Made by a program: the position numbers and the translations under genes. DNA of 64,000 nucleotides from an uncultured Acidobacteriota bacterium (GTDB lineage Bacteria > Acidobacteriota > Terriglobia > Terriglobales > Acidobacteriaceae), in NCBI GenBank assembly GCA_963817925.1, contig CAWFQN010000001.1, positions 11,311 to 75,310 of the forward strand, in the 5' to 3' direction. Under the pieces are notes generated by a model. The model worked only from the letters and a program-made list of their open reading frames with translations, was not told where the DNA came from and ran no database searches. Below, piece by piece: positions 55,902 through 64,000 of this stretch. Every line of letters starts with the position of its first letter. Positions within the stretch are counted from its first letter, which is position 1.

Positions 55902-56989
55902 GAGAACGATTCGCGGGACGGTTGCAGTGGGCTTTTACCGTTGCCGGTCTTGTCGTATTGCTGGGCATGCCGGCGGTCGCCGGCAAACCCTCCAAAACGA
56001 CTGCTGTCCAGCCCGCTCCCCCGGATTTGCTGCTGGACGGCGGACGGAAACTGACGTTTGAACGCAGCTTCAGTCTGGAGCGCGAAGTGAAGCCGAAGCG
56101 GAGCTTCTGGACTCGTGTGGTCGACGTCATCGCCGGTGAACCAGACTTCCACTATCTGGTCAGTCCCTACAGCATCGCAACCGATTCGCACGGACGAGTC
56201 ATCGTAACCGACCCTGGAGCCGACGGAATTCACATCTTCGATTTCACCGAAAAGAAATACAAGTTTCTCTCCCGCAAGGACAGCGGCAAGGATCCGATGC
56301 TGTCGCCGCAATGCGTTGCGGTGGACGCGCAAGACAATATTTATGTGACCGATTCGCAGGCGGGAAAGATTTTCGTTTTCGACGTCAAGGGGAAGTTCCG
56401 GCATGTGATCGGCGGCCTGAAAGGCGGAGAAGGATATTTCAAACGTCCCACTGGAATCGCGGTCGATTCTGCGGCCCAGCGCATTTACATCACGGACACC
56501 TTGCGTAACAAGATTTTTGTAATGGATTTGCAAGGCAGCGTGCTGGCGACGATTGGGAAAACGGGTACGGGCGAAGGCGAATTTAATTATCCGACGGAGT
56601 TGCGGCTGAGTGGTCCTGAGTTGTTCGTAGTCGATGCCATGAATTTTCGGGTGCAAGTCCTTGACCGATCCGGCAGCTTTCACTATGCCATCGGGAAGAT
56701 CGGAGACTCTAAGGGATCGATGTTCCGACCCAAGGGGATCAGCTTCGATTCCGAAGGACATCTTTATGTCGTAGACGGCCTCTGGGGCATCGTGCAGGTA
56801 TTTGACCGGGAAGGCCGGCTTTTGTATTACTTCGGGCAGCGTGGAAGCGGACTGGGAGATTTCCAATTGCCGACCGGACTGCAAATTGACAACAACGATC
56901 GAATCTATGTCGTGGATTCCTTCAATCGCCGCATCGAGGTATTTCACTACTACGCGACCGCAAGAGCCGTTGACGGGGGCAAGCAATGA
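55883..56989 (+). CDS. NHL-repeat beta-propeller protein 2, secreted
   Basis: 368-aa ORF whose start overlaps the OMP 3' end by 19 nt. Has a signal peptide and six NHL units (GIAVDSAAQRIYITDTLRNKIFVMD etc.). Confidence 0.85.
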   Translation: MVRFLLRERFAGRLQWAFTVAGLVVLLGMPAVAGKPSKTTAVQPAPPDLLLDGGRKLTFERSFSLEREVKPKRSFWTRVVDVIAGEPDFHYLVSPYSIATDSHGRVIVTDPGADGIHIFDFTEKKYKFLSRKDSGKDPMLSPQCVAVDAQDNIYVTDSQAGKIFVFDVKGKFRHVIGGLKGGEGYFKRPTGIAVDSAAQRIYITDTLRNKIFVMDLQGSVLATIGKTGTGEGEFNYPTELRLSGPELFVVDAMNFRVQVLDRSGSFHYAIGKIGDSKGSMFRPKGISFDSEGHLYVVDGLWGIVQVFDREGRLLYYFGQRGSGLGDFQLPTGLQIDNNDRIYVVDSFNRRIEVFHYYATARAVDGGKQ

Positions 56990-58899
56990 GGTGGATCTTG
57001 GCCTCCGCTTGTGTAGTGGTTCTGGCTCAAAGCTTTGCCAATGCGCAAGTCATCACCGGAGATGTGATGGGCATGCATAACCTGTCACCCCCCAGCGGAG
57101 CCTCGGTGTATTCGCAGGGAAGCCTCGGCTGCACCTTCTGCCACGCTCCGCATAGCGGACTGGGAGGAGCATCTCCGTTATGGAACCAGACATTGTCGAA
57201 GTCGACCTATACTCCGTATTCCAGTTCAACCTACGTCGAGCGAGGCAACACCCAGCCCACCCTCGGAGTAACCAGCAGTCTGTGCCTGAGTTGCCACGAC
57301 GGCACGGTCGCGGTAGGACAGTCGGCAGCTTATGGCACCCTCCCTATGACGGGCTCGATGAACAGCATCGACTCCTTTGGGACGAACCTTGGTGGCACCC
57401 ATCCCTTCAGCCTGCTTTTGCCGATGAAGGACGCCTCCAATCTGGTGGCTTCATTAGTTTCGCAGGGCAAGACGGCCGATCCAACCGGGGCCGTGAAATT
57501 GATTAAAGGGAATATCGAGTGCACCAGTTGTCACAACCCGCACGTGCAGGGCACGGATAAGGTCGCGCAGGATTTCCTGGTCCGCGACAGTTCCAGCGGC
57601 CAGATGTGTCTCGCCTGCCACGATCCCAACCGGATCATTCCCGGACAGCCGAACCCGCTTGTGGGCTGGACGAACGGTATACACCAAACGGCAACCAACC
57701 AGCCAGCAGCCAATGCGCATGTGGGTTCTTACAGCACGGTTGCCCTCAATGCTTGCTCTTCCTGCCACATGGAGCATGACGCAATGGCGCCAGCACGGCT
57801 GCTTCGGCCGGCCAACCCGCCAGCACCCGGCACCGACAATGCGACCCAGGATTGCATGACTTGTCACAGTGGCGGAACGCTGCTTGCGCCAGCGGCTCCG
57901 AATGTCATGGCTGAGATCGCTAAGATAAGCCATCCTCTGCCTGCGGGAACCAATTTTCACGACGCAGCCGAAACCGCTGTGCTCAACAACAATCGCCACG
58001 CCACCTGTGTGGATTGTCACAGCGCTCACGGATCCAATCAGGTGGTCACATTTGCTGCCCCTCCCGCGATTCGCCCCTCGCAGGCGAACCTGACCGGCAT
58101 CAGCGCGACGGACGGAGTGACGGTTCTGCTTCCGGCCCTGAACCAGTATGAGAACTGCCTGCGCTGTCACGGTACGAGCGTAGGAAAACAAAGATTGATG
58201 ATTTACGGATATGCGCCGACGAGAATAGTTTCAGCGCCGGATCCCCTGAACGTGATTCCGGAATTCAGCGCGGCCGCAACCTCGAGCCATCCCGTCACGC
58301 ACGACAGTCTGAGCCCGTTGCCGCAGCCTAGCTTGCTCACGAACATGCTGAATCAGAATGGCACGGCAGGGCGCTTGATGGGTGTCCGGATTTTCTGCAG
58401 CGATTGCCACAACAGCGACGACAATCGCGAGTTCGGTGGAATCGGCCCGAACGGTCCTCACGGTTCGGTCTACTCGCATATCCTCGAGCACAACTATCAA
58501 TTCAGCCAAGCCACCGTGCCCGGCGGACAAGTCACGAACCTGTTTCCCAATCCAGACGTAAGCCTCAATGGGCCTTATGGCATGTGCGCCAAATGTCATG
58601 ATCTGAACAAGGTTGAGGCTAACACTAGCTTTACGAAGCACAGCAACCACGTGTCTCAGGATGGCTTCTCCTGTTCCGTGTGCCATACTGCGCACGGCAT
58701 GGGTTCGATAGCTCCTGGGGTTTCGGGCGAACGCCTGGTGAATTTTGACATTAACGTGGTGGGGCAAAACAACGGCGCTCCAATCTCCTACAACCGCGGC
58801 AGCAATACCTGCACTTTGACCTGCCACCAGACCGCCCATAATGCCGATGGCTCAATCTCCAGCGCCCAAGGTTCCGGCCAACACGCGAGAAAAAAATAA
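56986..58899 (+). CDS. secreted multiheme c-type cytochrome (11 CxxCH + 1 CxxxCH)
   Basis: 637-aa ORF whose start overlaps the NHL stop as ATGA. Has a signal peptide. I count 11 CxxCH motifs plus a C-terminal CTLTCH. Confidence 0.9.
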   Translation: MRWILASACVVVLAQSFANAQVITGDVMGMHNLSPPSGASVYSQGSLGCTFCHAPHSGLGGASPLWNQTLSKSTYTPYSSSTYVERGNTQPTLGVTSSLCLSCHDGTVAVGQSAAYGTLPMTGSMNSIDSFGTNLGGTHPFSLLLPMKDASNLVASLVSQGKTADPTGAVKLIKGNIECTSCHNPHVQGTDKVAQDFLVRDSSSGQMCLACHDPNRIIPGQPNPLVGWTNGIHQTATNQPAANAHVGSYSTVALNACSSCHMEHDAMAPARLLRPANPPAPGTDNATQDCMTCHSGGTLLAPAAPNVMAEIAKISHPLPAGTNFHDAAETAVLNNNRHATCVDCHSAHGSNQVVTFAAPPAIRPSQANLTGISATDGVTVLLPALNQYENCLRCHGTSVGKQRLMIYGYAPTRIVSAPDPLNVIPEFSAAATSSHPVTHDSLSPLPQPSLLTNMLNQNGTAGRLMGVRIFCSDCHNSDDNREFGGIGPNGPHGSVYSHILEHNYQFSQATVPGGQVTNLFPNPDVSLNGPYGMCAKCHDLNKVEANTSFTKHSNHVSQDGFSCSVCHTAHGMGSIAPGVSGERLVNFDINVVGQNNGAPISYNRGSNTCTLTCHQTAHNADGSISSAQGSGQHARKK

Positions 58900-59133
58900 C
58901 TCCTCACCCCAGGGGCAAAACGCGCCCAGAGTGAGGATAAAGACCCGATTCGGGCCAGCCTTCTGACGTCAGCCGTCAGACTCGCTCCCTCACAAGTCGC
59001 TGAAATCAGGACCACAATCGGCCAGGCCGACCCAGGGTGTAGTTTTGGCAATGCCGATGCATTCCTTCTCAGGGGTGTTTGCGAAGCTTGCCCACAGGTG
59101 GGCCTCGGCAACGCGCAAAACGGGAGCTTAAGG

Positions 59134-59838
59134 ATGGCAGACGAACCGAATTTAGCCGTGACATCGAAGCTGAGCTGGCAGCCCCGGCAGTTATTAGTAA
59201 TGTGCGCTGTGTGCCTCGTATTGGGGTTTCTGGCGGGCTACTTTCTGAGAGGCTCGGCCTCCGCGCCGGCGCCGGCACTTTCGGCTGCAGCGCAAGAGAC
59301 TGGCGCCTCGTCTCACGCGACGAGCCAAGATACGGGACCAACGACGCAGCAGATGCCAAAAGAAGCACCCACTTTGGACGACCTGAAGCGCATGGCAGAC
59401 AAGAAGGCTGCGCCGGTCCTGGAGAAATTAAAGTCTGACCCAAAGAATCCGCAGCTGTGGAATCAGGTCGGACTGATCTACAAAAGTGCTCACCAATTCA
59501 AAGAGGCCGCAGGATACTTCGAGAAATCTCTGCAGTACGATCCGAAAGACCTGGGGGTGCGAGCCGACTACGCTTCTTGCTTGTATTATTCCGGCGACGT
59601 GGATGGAGCCCTCGCACAACTCAACCAATCCCTGGCTTACGATCCGAAGCACGCAGGCACGCTGATGAATATCGGCATCATCAAATGGAGAGGCAAGAAT
59701 GATGTCGATGGTGCCGTGGCTGCCTGGGAAAAACTGCTGCAATACCATCCCGATTTCCCCCAGAAAGACTTGGTCCAGCAGATGCTCACGCAAGCCAAAC
59801 AGGGCGTGAAGGTGGCTAACCAGGGACAAAAGGGATAA
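59134..59838 (+). CDS. TM-anchored TPR protein (paralogue of 36095..36763)
   Basis: I prefer ATG 59134 (MADEPNL..), which aligns with the paralogue. Shares CLVLGFLAGYFLRGSAS and the C-terminal GIIKWRGKNDVDGAVAAWEKLLQYHPDFPQK. Confidence 0.7.
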   Translation: MADEPNLAVTSKLSWQPRQLLVMCAVCLVLGFLAGYFLRGSASAPAPALSAAAQETGASSHATSQDTGPTTQQMPKEAPTLDDLKRMADKKAAPVLEKLKSDPKNPQLWNQVGLIYKSAHQFKEAAGYFEKSLQYDPKDLGVRADYASCLYYSGDVDGALAQLNQSLAYDPKHAGTLMNIGIIKWRGKNDVDGAVAAWEKLLQYHPDFPQKDLVQQMLTQAKQGVKVANQGQKG

Positions 59839-59852
59839 ATCGCGCAGCCAAT

Positions 59853-59888
59853 CGGATTGCAGATCGGCGGATTGCAGATCGACGGATG
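59853..59888. repeat. 15-nt tandem direct repeat, 2.4 copies
   Basis: CGGATTGCAGATCGG / CGGATTGCAGATCGA / CGGATG, intergenic. Confidence 0.8.
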
Positions 59889-60042
59889 CTGAAGTGAGTA
59901 CATGGATTCGGCCTTCCTCGGCGAGAGCGTGTCCTCGCGTTTGCGGGGCGTACGCCCGAGGACGGCCAGGGCTGGATGCAAACGGGTCTGACGACCAAGG
60001 TTAGGCCCAAGGAATCAGATCCGATCCAGCCCTGATCGTTGT

Positions 60043-61755
60043 GTGGGAACTCGACCATCTGATGCTATGGCAGAACAGGTCACAGTGCTTGCTTCTACAG
60101 AAACCGAGCATGTTGCTTCCGGCTGGCGTGTTTGGGCGCTGCGCATTGCGATCACCCTCATTACTCCATTAGTGCTACTCGGGCTGGTGGAAGCAGCTTT
60201 GCGGATTTGCGGAGTCGGATTTCCCACCGATGTCACCGTTCCCTGCACCGTCCAGGGCCAACCTGCCTCTTGCTATAACTTGTTCTTCACCGCTCCGTTT
60301 TTCCCGCCAGGCATGATCAAGACGCCACAAATGTATGCCATTCCGACGGAAAAACCGCCCGGAACTTTTCGCATTATCGTCCTCGGAGAATCCGCAGCCA
60401 TGGGAGATCCCGAGCCGGCATTCGGATTCAGCCGATACCTGGACGTGATGCTAAGCGAACGCTATCCCTCCATGAAATTTGAGATTGTGAATACTGGCAG
60501 CGTCGCCATCAACTCGCATGTCGTGTTGCCGATCGCCAAAGGGCTGGCAAACTATCGTCCGGACGTATTCATTATTTACTCAGGCAACAATGAGGTCGTC
60601 GGACCGTATGGTCCAGGTACGGCGCTTACTTCTGCCGGGATGAGCCTTCCGATCATTCGTAGCAGTATTTTCTATCGTTCGACCCGCATTGGACAGCTCC
60701 TCACCAAGGTGGGCACGCCGAAAAAAGACTGGGGCGGGATGGCAATGTTTCTCGACAAGCAGGTTCGCGCCAGTGCGCCGCTCATGAAGTATGCTTACGC
60801 GAACTTCGCATCCAACCTGCGCGATACTATCGCCGTGGCTCGCAACGCCGGGGCTAGAGTAATCGTGTCCACCGTGGCCACGAATCTGAAGGACTGTGCG
60901 CCGTTCGGGTCTTTGCACCGTGAGGGTTTGGGACCAGATGCTTTGCGCTCCTGGTCCACCCTGGTTCAACAGGGAGCTGAGCAGGAAAATGCTGGCTCCT
61001 ACGCGGAGGCATTGAAATCGTATCGCGCGGCAGCGAACATAGACGACGAATATGCCGAACTCGCGTTCCGGATCGCCCGTTGCCTGGAGGCTCTCGGAGA
61101 CTACAACGCCGCGAGGGAATATTTTCTTCGTGCCCGTGAACTCGACACGTTGCGTTTTCGTGCTGATAGCAAAATCAATGACGTCAACCGCTCGGTAGCA
61201 TCTTCATCCGCGGCAGTCGAATTGGTAGACGCAGATGAGATCTTTGCCGAAGAAAGTCCAAACGGAATCATTGGTAGTGACCTCGTGTATGAGCACGTGC
61301 ACCTGGCTCCGAGTGGCAATTACTTGCTGGCTCGCGCCATGTTCCTTCAGATCGCGAAGCAGTTGCCTTCTGACGCAGGGCATCCACCTCAGGCTGAAGA
61401 CGTACCCACGCAAGCCGAATGCGAGCGTTTGTTGGCATTCACCAAATTTGATCGTTCCCGAGTAATCGCGGAGATGTTGCGACGGCTGCGAGAGCCTCCT
61501 TTCACGAATCAACTGAACCATTCCGATCAGATTTTGCGGTTGATGATGAAGGCAGACAATTCGGACGAAAGCCCCGATGACACAGTTGCGCAGTATCAAT
61601 GGGCGCTCGCGAGACGGCCAAACGACCGCATCTTACACTTCAATTACGGAGTCTTTCTTAACCAGTACGACCCCGCGGCTGCGGCTGCGCAGTTCGGCGT
61701 CGCGCGCCCGTGCGACGGATTCCCCCTGGTCACGCCTGACGGCACCGTGCATTAA
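60043..61755 (+). CDS. membrane-anchored SGNH/GDSL-like hydrolase with C-terminal TPR-like region
   Basis: 570-aa ORF with an alternative ATG at 60067. One TM, then FRIIVLGESAAMG and IIYSGNNEV blocks, and TPR-like AEALKSYRAAANIDDEYAELAFRIARCLEALGDYNAA. Confidence 0.6.
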   Translation: MGTRPSDAMAEQVTVLASTETEHVASGWRVWALRIAITLITPLVLLGLVEAALRICGVGFPTDVTVPCTVQGQPASCYNLFFTAPFFPPGMIKTPQMYAIPTEKPPGTFRIIVLGESAAMGDPEPAFGFSRYLDVMLSERYPSMKFEIVNTGSVAINSHVVLPIAKGLANYRPDVFIIYSGNNEVVGPYGPGTALTSAGMSLPIIRSSIFYRSTRIGQLLTKVGTPKKDWGGMAMFLDKQVRASAPLMKYAYANFASNLRDTIAVARNAGARVIVSTVATNLKDCAPFGSLHREGLGPDALRSWSTLVQQGAEQENAGSYAEALKSYRAAANIDDEYAELAFRIARCLEALGDYNAAREYFLRARELDTLRFRADSKINDVNRSVASSSAAVELVDADEIFAEESPNGIIGSDLVYEHVHLAPSGNYLLARAMFLQIAKQLPSDAGHPPQAEDVPTQAECERLLAFTKFDRSRVIAEMLRRLREPPFTNQLNHSDQILRLMMKADNSDESPDDTVAQYQWALARRPNDRILHFNYGVFLNQYDPAAAAAQFGVARPCDGFPLVTPDGTVH

Positions 61756-61773
61756 ATTCCGAAGAAGGGATAC

Positions 61774-62220
61774 TTAATCCTGCGTTTTCATCTCAGCTTC
61801 GTGAACTTCTGAAGCCCTCATTTTTTCATCGATATGCCGTTGCACGCGCTCCCATTCTGAGCGAACCATCATTTCCTTGATTGTGAACTTGGTTTCGTGT
61901 TTCGCATCATCGACACGGACCGCCAGTTCGTTTTTGTGTAAACGGAAGTCGATGGTTTCAGCCAGCGGAATTAACTGATTGGACGACTTTCCCACGATGA
62001 CGAAGACGACGTTGTCCGACACCAGTGTGTACTCCGGGCAGGACTCCTGTTCCATCGGTGTCGAGGGACCGCCGAAGGCCACCATGAATCCATGGTGGGC
62101 GAGAATACAGTCGCCCATGTGCATCCTGACGACTGTGCCATGTTGATAGATTCCAGTTTGCGCCGTCAGCAAACCCGGCAAAGCGCAAAACAGTAACAGC
62201 AGCGAAAATGTTGGTTTCAT
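61774..62220 (-). CDS. secreted hypothetical protein
   Basis: 148-aa ORF with signal peptide MKPTFSLLLLFCALPGLLTAQ. Lies 9 nt downstream of the VWA gene. Confidence 0.5.
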   Translation of the reverse strand: MKPTFSLLLLFCALPGLLTAQTGIYQHGTVVRMHMGDCILAHHGFMVAFGGPSTPMEQESCPEYTLVSDNVVFVIVGKSSNQLIPLAETIDFRLHKNELAVRVDDAKHETKFTIKEMMVRSEWERVQRHIDEKMRASEVHEAEMKTQD

Positions 62221-62229
62221 GGACTCCTC

Positions 62230-63198
62230 CTACTGAGCGCCGCCTCGGCTGTAGTAACCGCGGCGGCAGCGGAATTGCAGTTTAAGGTTGCGGGTGGGGA
62301 GAATGCGAATCGAGTGGAAAGCCGTGCCGGACTCCGGCGGCAGGTACGTGACTACGCGGGCTGAATGCAAATCTTCGATGACATCGCTGAAGACTTTGAC
62401 CACGCCTTCGATGATCGGGACACGGCGGCCGCCAGAGTCCTCAGCAATCCTTTGCAGCGTTGCGGTTCCGTTTGACGGTCGCTCCGGACTGCCAACGTCG
62501 ACGGCATAAATCTGCACCTCGCTGGTCAGGATTTTCTCCAGCGTCCCATGCAATGACGCCCTGCTGATCGTATCCTCACCATCAGAGAAGAGAATGATGA
62601 CTGGCCAAACATCTGGCTGCCTGCGCTGGATCAGGAGGTTCGTCGCAATTTCAACCGCGTCAAACAGTGGCGTCGGTCCCCCTCTGGGCAAAGAAGCGAG
62701 CCGATCGGAAGTAAACGAACTGCCACAATTTCCGGCGCAGATGAGGTGCGCTTCCTCACCGCTGAACGAAAGAACCGATACGTTGTCCCCTGAACCCCAC
62801 GGCGATTGCAAAATCAGTTGTTGAACCTCGGTGATTTCCTGTTCGAAGTACGGCAGAACGGATTCGCTGGAATCAATCAGCACGACCACATCGAGTTTGA
62901 TTACGTCAGAGCGCGTGAAGCTACGGAACTCTCGAATCACCCTCTCGTCGTCGACCACGGCAAAATCGTTCTTCTGAAGTCCTTCCACCAAGTGATTGTG
63001 TTCGTCCGTCGCGAAAAACACGAGACGTACTTCGGAGACACTGCTGTGGTAGGTGAGACGCGAGGAGTCCTCAGAACTGCTCGGGGTTGATTGGCCGAAA
63101 AGTAGGTCGTGGGCGCAAAGGGTTGTGACCAGAAACAACGGCAAGAGCCAAGCACTGGGCCGATTGCGCATAAGCATGGTTCCGGGAAATTTGGACAT
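62230..63198 (-). CDS. VWA-domain protein (acidobacterial TIGR03436-like)
   Basis: 322-aa ORF with a signal peptide, a MIDAS motif VVVLIDSSESV, and IILFSDGEDT. Confidence 0.75.
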   Translation of the reverse strand: MSKFPGTMLMRNRPSAWLLPLFLVTTLCAHDLLFGQSTPSSSEDSSRLTYHSSVSEVRLVFFATDEHNHLVEGLQKNDFAVVDDERVIREFRSFTRSDVIKLDVVVLIDSSESVLPYFEQEITEVQQLILQSPWGSGDNVSVLSFSGEEAHLICAGNCGSSFTSDRLASLPRGGPTPLFDAVEIATNLLIQRRQPDVWPVIILFSDGEDTISRASLHGTLEKILTSEVQIYAVDVGSPERPSNGTATLQRIAEDSGGRRVPIIEGVVKVFSDVIEDLHSARVVTYLPPESGTAFHSIRILPTRNLKLQFRCRRGYYSRGGAQ

Positions 63199-63474
63199 AG
63201 TAGCAAACGGCGAATAATGTTGTCATCGGCAAAAGATGTTGACAAGTTGAGAACCACTTGATTCAAACGGGTTACCGAGGTTTCGAAGAAGGGTGCGCCG
63301 AGAAATGGGTGGTCAGAGGCGATGGCCGCGAACGTCGCGGCGGAAATCCCAAGACGATAGTTTTGATGCGACCAACGCAAATTATGGATTGGACTGTTCC
63401 CATGCGAGCCGTTATTTTGAAATTATCGTAGCATCGTCACGCCTCGCCGGCGTAGTCATCGAGAGGAGCCATGT

Positions 63475-63849
63475 ATGAAATCCGCACGAATTTCCTTCCG
63501 GCGCTCGGCCCGGGCGTCTCGCCACCGCACTTGTGAAAACGGCGGCAGAACTGTGTTCGTATCCAAATGCCTCGCCCGCGCTCAATCATTCGAGCGAAGT
63601 GAAACAGCAGATGCATCCCCGCTTCCGGTGGAGCACGGGAGTGGGGAGGTTGCTAAGAAACGACCATCGGATGCCATCGATCTGGAAACACTGTTGCATT
63701 TTTCCCAGCAGTTGTATGCTCACGCTCTCACCTTGCAAGAAGTGATCCGCAACGAGGGGGAAGCAACGTACGAAATGTTGAGACCGAAATTCGACCGACA
63801 GGCCGCACAACAATTTGAGGTTTTCTATCACACCTTCAAGCAACCCTAA
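63475..63849 (+). CDS. hypothetical protein
   Basis: 124-aa ORF with a basic N-terminus. No motif recognised. Confidence 0.3.
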   Translation: MKSARISFRRSARASRHRTCENGGRTVFVSKCLARAQSFERSETADASPLPVEHGSGEVAKKRPSDAIDLETLLHFSQQLYAHALTLQEVIRNEGEATYEMLRPKFDRQAAQQFEVFYHTFKQP

Positions 63850-64000
63850 GGGCTTGGCAAGAGTCGTGTGGCATCTTGTGAATAGCGTTATGCATTTCCA
63901 GTCTAGAAACGGCGATACATGAACTGGGCGGCGCCAGCATCTTGCGTATGGGTCACGATCGACACCAAGAGTAACGTCAATCCATACAGAGGTGGGACCC

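Noticed and set aside
55817-56986. 389-aa minus-strand ORF (likewise 50393..51349, 318 aa)
   Set aside because: They mirror the NHL-repeat genes. The repeat structure and signal peptides are on the plus strand only.

Overview
A 64-kb, roughly 58-60% GC bacterial chromosome segment. The gene content looks acidobacterial: a TIGR03436-like VWA protein and many PilZ, NHL, TPR and Kelch proteins (inference only). From left to right the window holds the following.
(1) A partial amidase, then small signalling and housekeeping genes, including three PilZ-domain proteins.
(2) A tightly coupled six-gene sugar-acid catabolic operon (12.4-19.0 kb).
(3) A 2-kb lower-GC islet carrying a Gp49/HigB-like toxin, an XRE antitoxin, a DUF3467 gene and a PD-(D/E)XK nuclease, next to an atypical tRNA-like sequence.
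(4) An anaerobic-metabolism block. It contains a 4-subunit 2-oxoacid:ferredoxin oxidoreductase whose gamma gene carries two frameshifts, PFOR (nifJ) with a DHOD-like gene, an FNR/CRP-family regulator, an AhbD/NirJ-like radical SAM/SPASM gene, hemA, USP, ADH and ALDH. Perfect TGTGA-N6-TCACA palindromes mark its promoters.
(5) A B12-radical SAM gene.
(6) A resB-ccsA-histidine kinase-NtrC operon; the NtrC gene is frameshifted.
(7) The most interesting part (48.6-59.8 kb): three multiheme cytochromes (16, 4 and about 12 hemes) interleaved with two NHL beta-propellers, a SurA-like prolyl isomerase, a roughly 600-aa outer-membrane beta-barrel and a TPR protein. This parts list resembles porin-cytochrome conduits and the Geobacter OmcS-companion (osc) nanowire machinery.
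(8) An SGNH/TPR protein and a VWA protein.
No rRNA, CRISPR array, transposase or integrase was recognised. Many long antisense shadow ORFs in the track were rejected.
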